Assembly: GCA_964016885.1 (NCBI GenBank)
Contig: OZ024762.1
Span: 27,776,001 to 27,840,000 of the forward strand
Reading direction: 5' to 3'
DNA length: 64,000 nucleotides
Source: Eledone cirrhosa
Taxonomy: Eukaryota
Shown here one piece after another: positions 25,323 to 39,205 of this stretch. Made by a program: the position numbers and the translations under genes. Every line of letters begins with the position of its first letter. Position 1 is the first letter of the stretch. The notes below the pieces were generated by a model. That model worked only from the letters and a program-made list of their open reading frames with translations, had not been told where the DNA came from and ran no database searches.

Positions 25323-25362
25323 AATATGGTTTTATAAATATAGTTTCCATTTGTGTAATATC

Positions 25363-25408
<46 letters not shown>

Positions 25409-25453
25409 AGGAAAATGTGAAGTTGAAGATTTTAGACTCCATTATTAATTGAA

Positions 25454-25502
25454 CAGTTATACATATTTCAATGATGATAGATATCATGATTTCTTCAGAC
25501 AA
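25454..25502 (-). ncRNA. Minimal hammerhead motif (different family)
   Basis: TTGT CTGAAGA AAT-C-ATGATA/TATCAT-C-ATT GAAA TATGTA TA ACTG; stem I weak. Confidence 0.6.
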
Positions 25503-25699
25503 CAAAAACTGATTAAAAGGTAATATTTCCACGGCAATTTTGGGTGGAAGGGAGCAGACTAAAAAAATGGGTATGTTTTTGCTTTGAGTACCCGCTCCCT
25601 TCTAATATACTCCATCATCCTTGTTTTTAGGAAGTAATATGACGTTGAGTGCTAGAAGTGAATTGCATCCTTATGTACCGAATGTATAGAGAGAGAGAG

Positions 25700-25842
25700 A
25701 GGGAAAGAGTCAGGTCCCCGACGGCTGAGCTCCGGCCATTTCGACAGCTAAATCTTTTCCTATTACCCTCTCTACCTCCCTAAGTATTAAGTACTCTGGT
25801 GCGTTATGGTCCACCTGGTATCTTACCACACCTTCTTTGTTT
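25700..25842. mobile_element. Short element family with 3'-half hammerhead (GAAA-CGGC/GCCG-TC); copies 45700-45820, 48295-48475, 49626-49752
   Basis: Shared tail TCCTATTACCC...CCCTAAGTATTGAGTACT...GTTATGGTCC plus a variable inverted head. Confidence 0.65.
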
Positions 25843-26089
25843 TATATATATATATATATATATATATGATTATTTACTTACAGATTGATATGACAAGTCC
25901 TAACAGAAATTGTGAATGCCAAAGCCATAATGACTGTGTCTACGACTTCACAGAAGGCTTGGAGAAAATTCCTATATTCTTTGAAGATGAACGATGCATC
26001 AAATCAATGAAGAATTTCAAAGTAAGTACCATGCTAAAGTTTAATCTATGTTTACTGTTGTATAGTCATTAATGTTAAATCATATAATT

Positions 26090-26220
26090 ACGGCCCTTGC
26101 CTTTCTGAGTTCAAATCCCTCGGAGGTTAACTTTGCCTTTCATCCTTATGAGGTCGATAAAATAAAATACCAGTAATGTACTGAGATAATTGCTGGCCTT
26201 GTGCCAAAAGTAGAAAAAAT
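26090..26220 (+). mobile_element. SINE family A fragment
   Basis: GAGTTCAAATCC...ACTTTGCCTTTCATCC...GCTGGCCTTGTGCCAAAAGTAG. Confidence 0.75.
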
Positions 26221-26267
26221 TAATGTTAAAACTTTTCATTAAGTTTTAATCTTATTTTATAACTATA

Positions 26268-26730
26268 CTAGCTGATGTACCCTGGGTAAACAGATGATAA
26301 GAGAAGACAGGTAGAAAAGAAAACAACTGTATTAGATGTTTGTCTGGTTTACAATATAAGGCAAGACTGTGGTGTGTGTGTGTTTGACAAAAGAAAGAAA
26401 AAAATAATAAAAATATTCCAGATACACCAAATTCTTCGTTTTATAGTTTCGTGAATAGTATATAAAGATTTCTAGGTCTCCCACTCATGAACAACCTACA
26501 TATAACTGTCTATAGGTAAAAAGCAATTCTCTTATATTCAATTCTACAACTTTGAAACTCTGAGGCTGAGCTTTATGTACGGTCATAGTAAAACTGGCTC
26601 TAACAAAGAACTGAAGTCTTGAATATTTTAACAGCAGCTTGGTAGAGAAAGGGATAAAAGTAATCTTGGGAATAAATGCATTTTCTCCTTGATGATTGCC
26701 TCCAAGAATAGTGACCCTCAATTTGACATG
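26268..26730 (-). mobile_element. Helitron 3' fragment (decayed Pif1-like helicase C-terminus)
   Basis: GENAFIPKI...RLQFFVRASFTMTVHKAQPQS...QLYVGCS matches the Pif1 motifs RLQFP..L.FAMTINKSQGQS / HGQLYVA.SR; terminus CTAG-T at 26271-26267. Confidence 0.8.
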
Positions 26731-27936
26731 CCTGCTTTACAGTATTCATTACGGCTCTCTGCTCTTGGAGTTCAAATCCTTTCGAGGTCAATAAAAAAAA
26801 CACCAGTCTAATACTGAGTCAATGCCAGGAATTGCAAAAAATGTCACATATCAAGCAATGCCTGTACTTGAAGCTTTTTTAAGTGAGGAAAGGCTTTCAC
26901 TGGGCCAATCCCACTCTCTGAACATCGAATGCATTTACCCAAAAAGAAGTACATCTTTGGATGCAAATGAAGTCACAGGTTTTATATTAGTGACCTTCTC
27001 CTAGAGAGATGTATTAATGTAGACTAGGGATCTCTCGTTCCAGAAAAAAACAGAAAAAAAAAATTTATTGGATGGCCGTTGGCTCTCCTGAATTCCTCCA
27101 CCCTTTGACAGGCTTTGCTTTTCATCCCACAGGGTGTCCAAAATCACCCTCCTCACTAAACAAGCTTGGTGGGGTTGCTGGTTTAGTCGCTGGTGACCTG
27201 ACCATGCACAAGTTGTACTGGGTTACATGTTACCAGTAGCGCTGAAGAGAGACCTGACATACAAACATACATACATGCATTCATACATATATTCATACAT
27301 ACATATATATATACATACATGTATGTAAAAGGTAAACAGAAATAACAACACAATCGGTACAGTATATGGAAGGGATATATTAAGTTAACGCTTGAAATAG
27401 CAGGAAGAGGCTAGTCCTTCATCAGAAGAAAGAATGAAAATAAGATACACACACACATACACATATATACATACATGGTGGCTGCCAACTCGTTTTCGAG
27501 TACGGCCACTACTTTATATCCATGTAGGAGAACCCCTACTGATGCGCTGAATGAGTGTGACCTTTTAGTCCAGCCAGCGACTTGAAAACTCTGGTACAAA
27601 CACTACACTTGTGACAATTATTGACACATAGTGCTGGGCCCATGGTACCATGTGACGACAAGTGCAGAGAGATCTCCAGATATAAAGCAATGCCTGTGCC
27701 GTGAAGCTTTTATAGTGAGCAAAGGCACTGCACAAAGCCAGTCCCACTCTCTTAACCAAGATGATATTTACCAAAAAGAAGAACATATACATACATATAC
27801 ATACATATACATATACATATACATACATATACATACATATACATACATATACATACATACCTACATACATACACACATACACACACAAACATACACAAAC
27901 TCATACATACCATACACATACTTATATACATACATA

Positions 27937-28066
27937 TAATTGTTTCTACTTTTGGCACATTATCCCAGTACATTACTGGTACTTTATTTTATCGACCCCG
28001 TAAGGATGAAAGGCAAAGTTAACCTCGGTGGGATTTGAACTCAGATCGTAAAGGCCCGTAACTATA
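27937..28066 (-). mobile_element. SINE family A fragment
   Basis: Sequence match to family A. Confidence 0.75.
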
Positions 28067-28524
28067 TACATACATATAATATTAATCATTTCATTGTAAA
28101 TACAAGGAATGTACATCTAGATATAGTAACCTCCAACAATTCCAATCTATCTATGTTGGGTTGCTCCTCCTCTCGCTCTCCACCCCACCCCCAACCCGCC
28201 CTTCTCCTGCCACCCTGTCGCGGAGCTGAGCAATTCTTCCTTATCAGACTAAGTAAGAAGCCGCCAAATAATTATTTTCCCTATTTTTATTATTATTATT
28301 ATTATTATTACTATTATTACTATTATTGTTGTTGTTATTATTTTTTGTTTGTTTTGGGAAATTTGTTGGTGTGTTTTGTTGTTGTTGTTGTTGTTGTTTT
28401 AGATATTTTATTTTGGGGGTTTAGTAAATTTTTTTATAGTGTTTTATATTGAAAACTGTTTGTGGGGGCCACACCTGTATTGTAAGATTGCCCAAATTGA
28501 CACAAGATGTTAGCTTCTGAGTCT

Positions 28525-29680
28525 GGTGTATGTATATATATATATATACGTATGTATGTGTGTATGTGTGTATGTGTGTATATGTGTGTGTGTATGGGTG
28601 TATGTATGTGTGTATGTGTGTGTATGGGTGTACGTATGTGTGCATGTATGGGTCTATGTATGCATGGGTGTATGTATGCCTGTATGAGTCTATGTATGTA
28701 TGTATGTGTGTGTGTGTGTGTGTGTGTATGTGTGTATGTATGGGTCTATGTATGTATGTATGGGTGTATGTGTGTGTATATTTGTATGTATGTATGTATA
28801 TATATGTGTGTATGTATGGCTGTATGTATGGGTGTGTGTGTATATATGCATGTGTGTTTGTATATATGTATGTGTGTATGTGTATATATGTATATGTATG
28901 TATGTATGTATGCATGTGTGTGTATGTATGTGCATGTGTATGTATGTATATGTGTGTGTGTATATATGTATGTATGTGTATGTATGTATATATATATTTA
29001 TATGTATGTATGTGTATGTATGTATTTATGTATGTATGTGTGTATGTATGTATGTATATATATGTATGTATGTATGTATGATGTGTATATGTGTGTCTTA
29101 CCTATTAGGGGTGTGCTTGTTTCTGTCTGTGTGTGTATGTGTGTGCTTGTGTGTACTTATTTTTGTCTGTGCGTGCATGTATCGTGTGTGTGTGTGATGT
29201 GTACTTGTGTGTGGTGTATGTGGTTGGGTTTTGCGTGCGTTTGTGTATGTATATGATGTGTGTGATGTGTATGGTGTATGTGTTTGTGTGTGTGCTTATG
29301 TTTGCGTGTGTGTGGTGTTTGTGTTTCTGTGATGTGTGTGTGTGATGTGCATGTCTTTGTTTTTGCATGTGTGTGTGTGTGCTTGTGATGTGCATGTGTG
29401 TCTGGTGTATGTGCTTGTGTGTGCATGTGGTATATGTGCATATGTGTGTGTGTGTGTATGGTGTATGTGCTTATGCGTGTGTGTATGCGTGTGTGTGATG
29501 TGCATGTGTGTGTATAATATATGCATGTGTTTGTGTGTGTATATGATGTGTATAGTGTATGTGTTTGTGTGATGTGTGTGTATAATATATGCAAGTTTGT
29601 GTGTGTATACGATGTGTATGGTGTGTATGGTGTATGTGTGTGATGTGCATGTGTGTGTGGTATATGTATGTGTGTGTATT
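28525..29680. repeat. Degenerate (TG/TATG)n low-complexity tract
   Basis: Directly visible. Confidence 0.95.
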
Positions 29681-30521
29681 TTGGCAATTTAATGTTTACA
29701 TTCCCTCCCAGCCACCCCTACAAAAATATTCACTTTAAAATATATTCAATTTTCTTTGGAGGGTTGGGGGAGGACTGGTTTCCTCTTAAAAAGTTTTGTC
29801 ATTCCTCAAATTTCATCAATTTTTTTAATTAAAAAAAAAATATTTAAATTTGTTTATGAAAATCGTCTTGTTGTTGTTGTTTAACCCCAGGTCAGCCTTA
29901 AAAGAGCAGGCCTATGATCAAATGCACTCCAGTTGTGATCATTCCAGAACAAATGCAAGCAATCATAGAATGCCCTCTACGCAAAGATTACACTCAGAAA
30001 ACAAAGCCTACATTAAACAAAGTATCTTGTGGATAAGACCATCAGATTCCTCACTCATAAATAATACATTCGTAAAAAACTGAGCCAATTATGAACTAAA
30101 TATCTATATTAGAGGTGACACATCCCCCATAATCCCTACCTCAGACATCATTTATGTATTCCAACCCCCAACCCACTTTAAATAGGAGTATGGTGGAGCT
30201 TTTTCAAGCTGCAGCCGTGAAATTACACAGTTTCTGTATAAAAATAGACATTAAATATCCATTATTAGCTGCAGTGACTACAACCCCATTATGTAATAGG
30301 CTTTGCTGCACCCTCTCCCATATACCCTTGATGTTAACACTGTGATGTAGAACACTGGTAGGTTATATCAGTAGTAGTAGAGCACTCACTCCATCGGACG
30401 AGTTTGGTAGAAGTAGTTCCACAAACAGTTAATACTCCATTTCTGAGAACAATTGTTTCACCTTGTTCTCGGAAATGGTGACTGTTGAGGAACTACTATA
30501 TATAATGTATATATATATCAA

Positions 30522-30640
30522 ATAATTGTTTCTACTTTTGGCACAAGGCCAGCAATTACCCAGTACATTACTGGTACTTTATTTTATTGACCCCGTAAGG
30601 ATGGAAGGCAAAGTTAACCTCGGCGGGATTTGAACCGTAA
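30522..30640 (-). mobile_element. SINE family A fragment
   Basis: Sequence match to family A. Confidence 0.75.
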
Positions 30641-30681
30641 ATGGTAGTTAAGACAGGATTAAATCAACATAATTGCTTATT

Positions 30682-30732
30682 GCATTATATATATTTCTGT
30701 TACATGGTTATTCATGTGACTTCATCAGATCC
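30682..30732 (-). ncRNA. Minimal hammerhead motif (partly decayed)
   Basis: GGAT CTGATGA AGT-C-ACATG/CATGT-A-ACA GAAA TATATA TA ATGC. Confidence 0.55.
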
Positions 30733-30815
30733 TTACACAATCATTGGTGTAGTTATGCAATCATTGTGATATGCCGGTGGCCATGCACATCTATCCAGTA
30801 GTGAAGTGGTTCAGC

Positions 30816-30871
<56 letters not shown>

Positions 30872-30925
30872 ATAGAACAATAAAAAAAATAACAGAAGTC
30901 AGGAATAGGTAGATAATTATTTCAT

Positions 30926-31056
30926 TATATTACGATCATTTCAGAGGGTCGATTGATTGATGGAGATTGATGTATCAACTAGCATGGTAGTGCTTAAGTT
31001 ACTTCCCATTTCTAGTCTAGAAATCCCTGTTTAATCAGCCGTCTTCTTCAGAAACA
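30926..31056 (-). ncRNA. Hammerhead-like motif with ~100-nt stem II insert
   Basis: TGTTT CTGAAGA AGA-C-GGCTGATT ... AATCGACC-C-TCT GAAA TGATCG TA ATATA. Confidence 0.5.
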
Positions 31057-31296
31057 CTCTACAACCAGGTGGATTACGATTGAATTCTTCAAATATTCGT
31101 CTTTTCCAATACTTGCTTCTTCCACAAATGAAACCATCATAGGTAATAGCCTACATTTTTTTTTTTTGGGGGGGGGGGGTCTATCTGGCTTAGACTCCCA
31201 TGAATAGAGTTTTTTCACTTAAATTTAATATGTTATATATAGTCATATATATATATATATATATAGTCATATATACATATATATATATATATAGTC

Positions 31297-31329
<33 letters not shown>

Positions 31330-31330
<1 letters not shown>

Positions 31331-31723
31331 GACGGCAATCATAAAAGTAACGTCTCCTTCCGATATTACAACTTTTCCGTTAAAATCCTGTGGATGGTGC
31401 TTCGGGAAACTTCAGGAACCAAAATGCAGGGAGCATCCAGAGTGATCCGCCGATCTTTACGCATGTTTTCCTCAGAAGGAGACCTTACTTTTGGGATTGC
31501 CCTTGTATATAATAACTGCGTGAAATTCGCACTTGGCGGTAGCATTCAACGGGAGCTCCATTCTCAACGGCTGCCAAGCCAAGATTGAGCATCCCAGCGA
31601 AGCGCGTGCATGTTTGTTTGGGAGTGAAAGAAGCACCAATCACAACAGTGTTGCCAACAGCCGTACGAATAGTTTCTCTGCGTCCCCATCACTTTTAAGA
31701 CCTTACTTTTGGAATTACCCTCG
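31330..31723 (-). mobile_element. Two tandem mariner fragments, each headed by a TIR at TA
   Basis: TA-CGAGGGTAATTCCAAAAGTAAGG at 31723 and TA-CAAGGGCAATCCCAAAAGTAAGG at 31505; remnants translate MELPLNATAKCEFHAVI and DRRITLD...VSRSTIHRILTEKL (mariner transposase N-terminal region). Confidence 0.75.
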
Positions 31724-31739
31724 TATATATATATATATA

Positions 31740-31930
31740 TAATTGTTTCTACTTTTTGGCACAAGGCCAGCAATTACTCAGTGTATTACTGGTACTTTAT
31801 TTTATCGACCCCATAAGGATGAAAGGCAAAGTTAACCTCTGCGGGATTTGAACTCAGAATGGCAAGGGCCGTAACTCTATGTGTCAAAGCATGGCACCCG
31901 ACCCTCTACCAATACTGCCAATCCACCGCC
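31740..31930 (-). mobile_element. Full-length SINE family A copy
   Basis: Head, B-box, body and tail all present. Confidence 0.85.
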
Positions 31931-32112
31931 CTTATTATATATATATATATAATAAGAAGTTGATGGACCCTGCATAGTTATCAATGCTAGGGCCGGTTGC
32001 ATCTATATATATAGCATGGGTTAGATGGTTCCTTGCCTCAAAATAGGACACATCTAACCCATGCTAGTGTGGAAGATGCACATTAATCGATGATGATGAT
32101 GATGATATTTAT

Positions 32113-32176
<64 letters not shown>

Positions 32177-32367
32177 CTTAATATTCTACTCCATAGTATT
32201 AACCTTGACAAAATACATTTGCTCTGCTGTTACATAACTGCTATCAATTACTGAGTTTATTGATCAAACTTTTGTCTATTTTTTCCCTCTGAAACGATTG
32301 TAAAACAATAGATTACTTCACTACAAAAACTTGTCTGATTTGTTTTGATTGTTCAACATTTTATATA

Positions 32368-32441
32368 CAGGCTGTCCCCCCAAAATGTACATATTTATTA
32401 GAATGTTTTTGATGTGTGGATATATTTTTTGGGACAGCATT
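32368..32441. mobile_element. Tiny Tc1/mariner-like MITE
   Basis: TA-CAGGCTGTCCC...AAAA / TTTT...GGGACAGCATT-TA imperfect TIRs. Confidence 0.5.
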
Positions 32442-32508
32442 TATATATTAAAAGATACACCTGCTGTGAACATGTATATATATATATTTCTATATGTATA
32501 TGTCTATG

Positions 32509-32574
<66 letters not shown>

Positions 32575-32698
32575 CTCTCTCTAAATCTCTCTCTATCTCT
32601 ATCTATATATATATATCTGTGTGGGTGTGTCTGTTAATATCCGGTTTTATCAGTAAATGCTTATATCTCCATGATGGATCTTGGTGCTGGCGATGTAC

Positions 32699-32743
<45 letters not shown>

Positions 32744-33194
32744 TACATATACATACATCTATATATACATATATATATGGTGGCTGCCAACTCGTTTTCA
32801 AGTACGGCCACCACTTTATATCCATGTAGGAGAACCCCTACTGATGTGCTGAACAAGTGTGACTTTTTAGTCCAGCCAGCGACTTGAAAACTCTGGTACA
32901 AACACTACACTTGTGACAATTATTGACACATAGTGCTGGGCCCATGGTACCATGTGACGACAAGTGTAGAGAGATCTCCAGATATAAAGCAATGCCTGTG
33001 CCGTGAAGCTTTTATAGTGAGCAAAGGCACTGCACAAAGCCAGTCCCACTCTCTTAACCAAGATGATATTTACCAAAAAGAAGAACAAGTCAACATCATT
33101 GGATACCATCAGGGTTGCAGGTGTTATATCAGAGTTTTCCTTCTCCTGGAATTCTGCCTTGACAAAGGCTAAGGGGTCATCTATATATATATAT

Positions 33195-33320
33195 AGAATA
33201 GAAAACGAAAAATCAGTGATGCATCTGAACTCAATATATTGTGTGTTACAATTGTTTCGCCGGCGGAGAGCTCGAGACGCGACCATTGTGTGGATCTGTC
33301 TGATTCTGGACTCGCAGGTT
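33195..33320 (-). mobile_element. Truncated copy of the 35340 element (3' half of the hammerhead only)
   Basis: Shares AAAACGAAAAATC.GTGATGCATCTGAA...GTGTGTTACAATTGTTTCGCCGGC with 35342-35404. Confidence 0.7.
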
Positions 33321-34200
33321 GGTGATGGTATTGATAGTGATAGTGGTAGTAGTGGTAATGGTGGTGGTGTTAGTTGTGATGATGTTGATGGTGGTAGTGT
33401 TGGTGCTGGTAATGTTGGTGATGTTCTTGTTGGTGGTGGTGGTGGTGGTGGTGATGGTTTCAGCAATGTTGACAATGGTGGTGATGGTAATGATGGCGAT
33501 GATGTTAAGGTGATGGTATGATGTTTGTGGCGTCATAATGATGATGATGATGATGACTATGGTGATGAAAATAGTGGTGATGATGATGATGATAACATTT
33601 GATGATTTCTAGAATATTACTGTCTATACAGATGGTGTAGATGTTTCTTGGTGTTGTAGAGAGAGGGGGAGAGAGAGAGAGAGATGGGTCTGGGGAGAGG
33701 GGGAAATGGGTGGAGAGAGAGAGATGGGTTTGAGAGGGTAACAGAAGTAGTGAGAGAGGGAGAGGGGTAAACAAGGGTTAAGAGAGGGGCGGTAGGGAGA
33801 GGGGGAGAGGGGGGTAGAGAGAGAATAGGTATGTGGTTGGAGGTAGTAGACAAGCAAAAAGGTGAATAAGTAAAAGGGGGAGGGAAGGAGAGGTGATAAA
33901 AGTATAAGATGGAGGGGGAGGAGGAGAAGAGGGAGATGGAGAAATAGAAACAGAGCAGGAGGGGTGGTGATGAGATGTAGAAAAAGAAGAAAAGCGAGAG
34001 AGAGGTAGAAAAGTGGGGGGTGGAGGAATTGAGTTGGAGATGGAGAAGGAAAGAGAGAGTTAGAAAGGTGGGATGGTGAAGATGGAGGGGTGAAGAAAGA
34101 GAGAGGTAGAAAATGGGGTGGAGGAATAGGGATGGAGGTGGGTGGAGGTAGGAGAAAGTGAAAGCAGGAAATAGAAAGAAAGAAAGAAAGAAAGAAGAGG
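33320..34200. repeat. (GGT/GAT)n and GA-rich low-complexity tract
   Basis: Directly visible. Confidence 0.9.
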
Positions 34201-35283
34201 TATACATTGAAACATAGACTTGAATCACAAATTCTCTTCTTTCGCTACCCGCCAAAACACCCTCCTCTCAGTGCCCCACCCCAGATCCTAGTATCCATCC
34301 CCAACAACGAGCCGCCACCCCACCACCACCACCACCACACATGCCACCTATAAATCTCAATTATCCAACAAAATCCCAGATCTGTAGTTTGTTCGTTTGT
34401 TCGTTAATTCATTAGTTTGTTCGTTACAGTTTCCAATTTTAAACATGTAACGAAGAATTAATTGGCACACACAGCTTCTCAGATTGTACACACAGATGTA
34501 GTTTTATCTGTTTTGAGGTCTTAGAGCTGATATTGATATATATATATATGTCTCTTCTCTCTTCCCCTTCTCTCTCCTTCTCCCTCTTACTTTCATTCAC
34601 CCCTTCTGCTAGTCACCCTCTCACAGCTAGCCTCTTCCTCACACTTTCACTCACTCACTCTCTGCTACTCACCCTCTCTCTCACTTCCTCCATCGTCCCA
34701 CACCGTGCGTAATTCTTTCCTCGCTTACTTTCGCATGGTTGGGATGTGTCTGTCATCAATATTTGCAAGTTCTTATGTTCAAATGAATCATTGACTTTCT
34801 CATTATTTCCTCTCTTTACGTTGCCTCACCTTTCCTGTTTGTTTACCTGTCTCTCTTTTTCCACCCAACTCTTTTTATCCCAATAACTTATTTTAGTTAT
34901 TGTTCACACTAGCCTGAGGTATCTGGTCTTTAATGCGAAGAAATACCTATGATGGCTAGTAGATCACTGATGATGGATAGTCCTATTTCTAATTCTTCAT
35001 TTTAATTTGTATATCACATTTGCAACAACACAGCACGCCATTTTTCATTCCTATATATATATATACATTCACACAAACTGTCAGACTCCCAGATACAATC
35101 ATACACACACTCACACAAACTCCCAGACACTCACACATACACACTCATGAACACACACACTCCCAGACACACAAACACAGCAGGGGTGGGGGTATATTAT
35201 ATACATATCATCATCATCCACATCATCATCATATATATATATATACGCACAAAGTGAAACTTGCTGTGAATTATAAATATATG

Positions 35284-35342
<59 letters not shown>

Positions 35343-35382
35343 AAACGAAAAATCTGTGATGCATCTGAAATCAATTTATTGT

Positions 35383-35463
35383 GTGTTACAATTGTTTCGC
35401 CGGCTCAAGAGAGATCATTGCATGGATCCTGTCTGACTCTGGACCTGCGGGCTCATCAGACAC
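35383..35463 (-). ncRNA. Hammerhead motif with extended stem II
   Basis: GTGT CTGATGA GCC-C-GC...GC-C-GGC GAAA CAATTG TA ACAC; intact core, GUA cleavage triplet. Confidence 0.75.
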
Positions 35464-36072
35464 GTCAAATGCTTTCGGAGCAAATTCTTTCACTGGGGTG
35501 TTGGCATCAAAAAACATCCTCTTCGTGCGTCCCGTTATTGGCTGCTGCTTTTCTATGTCATTGTAAATCTGACCAACAGGTGCCAATTCTACTGACCATT
35601 CTGTCACACTTCGATGAGTTACTACTGGGTTTGGTAGTTCACACGTCCACACGCGCACTCACACACACACACATATATACACACACACAATCCCAAAGAA
35701 AACAACATCCGTACGCATAGACTCACGCTATACACACACACACTTACTTAAGGAGGACATATAAAAAAAACTATAGACATACACAGACACCTGCCTACAT
35801 GCCCATATACAGACACAGATACAGACTCGCTCGCAAACACACACTTTTTTTAATTGAGTTTGAATTATTTTCCCACATCTTACGTTAATTATTTTTCCAT
35901 TTTGACGCTATAGTCACTTATATATTATGGAATACTGTTGGCTTCTTGCTACAATACTTTCTATACTTTCATTTATATATATATATATATACACACACAT
36001 ATAAACATATATATATATATACACACACACATATATATATACATACACATGCATACATATATATACACACAC

Positions 36073-36574
<502 letters not shown>

Positions 36575-36627
36575 CCGGTTTCAACACACGATTTCAGATA
36601 AAGAATCTTGCTAAACAAATTCAGAAA

Positions 36628-36674
<47 letters not shown>

Positions 36675-36719
36675 CAAGATGTATGGTAGGTCGTATGTGA
36701 ATCGCGATGATCACGTCTG

Positions 36720-37900
36720 ACCTACCAAAGGGCACAAAGATAAACTCCATTATGTTGAGACAGGCGGCACCACCCCACCACCCCAACCCAGCACTGTAAT
36801 CACGCATAATATGTCCATGGGAGATGGAGGGAGAGCTAGAAAGCCGAATAGGGACATTAGGAATCTAGCTAGGAACAACAACACTCGCAATGCAGACACG
36901 GATAGGGCCGACGCGCCTGGAAAGCGCTACGCCGCCCCAAGCAAATCCAACAGTGAAAACGGGGGCCAGAGGCCTAGGAGACTCGAGACCAACACACATA
37001 CCACTGGGATCCCAGCAACCACACCTGGTATAACCCGTAATAATATAGATGAAGGGAGGGTAAGCAGCATAGGGGATAAGAAACGCAGTGGAAGGAATAG
37101 AAGACGTGATAGTACCTTCTTTAACCCGCCCTGATAGTACCTTCTTTAACCAATGTTACTACAGACCTCCCCAAATCTTTTTTCTCTTTAATAGATAGGA
37201 ACTTCCCCCCAGGTAGTAGGTACGGTAGTGTCATCAATAAGAATACTATCAAACTATCGTACTCAACAACCCCTAATCTGACCTCACACCTAGCTAAGAC
37301 CAATAAGAGTAAGATTAAAGAGGGACTTAAGGCCATCCGAAATAGTGAACCACGCCAGTACACACGACAACACGGGACCAACCCACTGAGTGAAAGACCC
37401 AGGGGGATAACAGGCAATAGAACCGGTCCCACTAGGCAGCCCCGCGGCCACTTGGGGGGATATACACCCCTGATTGAGGAGCATGACCCTGTTAGAAAGT
37501 GTAATTGCAGACGGAAGGACAAATGCCCACTAGCTGGACACTGCCTTATTAGGAACGTAGTATATGCTTGTAACGTAACCACAGACACGTATACTAAGAC
37601 GTATGTGGGATCAACCGCTAACCAGTTCAAGACGAGATTCAACGCCCACCAGCATAGCTTCCGATAAGAGAAGCTTAAAAATACCACGTCGTTAGCGGGG
37701 CACATACATAACTTAAAACAAACAAAAACCCCTACACACTAAGCTGGAGATGCCTTACTAAAGCTCCTCCATATAGCTCGTTGAGCAGGTTTTGTAGCCT
37801 GTGCCTAACTGAATCTCATGCCATAGTATTCTCAGGACTCAACTTGCTCAACAGGAGATCAGAAATCTTCTCGTCCTGCCCCATACTATACTTAGCTCTT
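36720..37900 (+). mobile_element. Penelope-like retroelement 3' remnant (GIY-YIG endonuclease)
   Basis: RRRDSTFFNPP, CNCRRKDKCPLAGHCLIRNVVY...YVGSTANQFKTRFNAHQHSFR, CSLCLTE...LLNRRSEIFSSC; frameshifted. Confidence 0.85.
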
Positions 37901-39205
37901 TCTTTTTCTTCAGACCAGACACATAGCCCAGACACCACCCTGTCCCGCGCATGGCTGCCCCGCTGGCGAATAGGGTGCTCTTTAGTAACCCCGGCCGATT
38001 GATGCCTCGGCTCCCCGATTGCCGATGGGGACTCTGGTGAGGAGCAGTCGACCCTGTGTCCCACTTGCCAACTTGGGATTGGTGACAGCATTGTTGCTGG
38101 GCACCCTGGGGGAAGCTGATGCCTGCGGTGTAGGACATTGTGAGTGCCTGGACCCACGTTGACTAATCTGGGGAGGTGCCGTCGGAGATGTATGTCAACA
38201 AATTCGGGAACTTGCCAAGGAAACAGTAACAGAACACCCAATATGGCGGCCGCTCCCTGCCTATAACCAATCACCCCCCCCCCTAATAAACCCCCGCCCA
38301 AATAGATGCCCCTCCCCATTCTCCCCCACTCATTTCTTTTGAGTTAGTTCTTTATTAATAGGGATTTTTTTGTATATTACCACGGTTGGCTTAATGGGCT
38401 TGGAGAGTTGACTCCCTTGATGTCTGACCACTCGATAAGTTAGGGGTTGTGCCCCTTGAGCAGGGGTGTGTCTAGCTGGTCTACCTACTGTCTGCTACTA
38501 CCCGAGACTGGACACGGTCGTAGCCACAGGCCAGCGCGTGCGCGTTAGCATGGAATATATATTTTCTGCTAGTCACCCCGTGTAATACGATACCCCAAGA
38601 TTCCATGCATGAGATTCACCGAAGCATGCGCACTCTTAACCGGGAGATGACAAACGAACTTGAAAATACCACAAGAGAGACCCTTTGGATAGCGTAGACG
38701 CCGGACCATACCCGCAAATATATACCCTGATCTGTCTTGAATATGCATGGCTGACGGAATATGGATAACACGACCACCATCTAAGCTGGAACCGACCCAT
38801 ACAGCAAACAAAGAGGGGACAGCCCGTCGCATTTGACCAGTCACGTGTGTACTTGGAGTTCGTAATATACCGCCGCAGTCAAATCCACACTGGTTTTTTT
38901 ACGAATATAGCATGTAAACCAATACATCCTATGCAGCGAGACCTTGGATTTAGAACCGGCAGGCTGATCTATCGCAAACGCGTGCAATCCCCGAAACTAA
39001 AAGATCGAACGGACCACACCCAACAACCACTAGCTATTTGATCCACAGGTACATTCCCCAGAGAGTCCACGCGGCTGATAGTGAATCCCAGTTGATTCGT
39101 GAACTCTGAACTTTTAAACAAGACCAACTGTGCCTCGAGCTATGCAGATGACTACATACGCATAATGGATATCGCGCCCACACGGTCACCTGTATTGTTC
39201 ATCCT

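Noticed and set aside
27375-27435. Hammerhead on the minus strand (CTGATGA AGGACTAGC...)
   Set aside because: GAAA and stem I pairing are not recoverable; at most a decayed copy.
34905-35000. Hammerhead-like CTGAGG/CTGATGA motifs
   Set aside because: Core incomplete and spacing wrong.
35386-35658. Host coding exon
   Set aside because: The 3' part is a dispersed repeat (copy at 33195) containing a hammerhead; no convincing splice pair or protein family.
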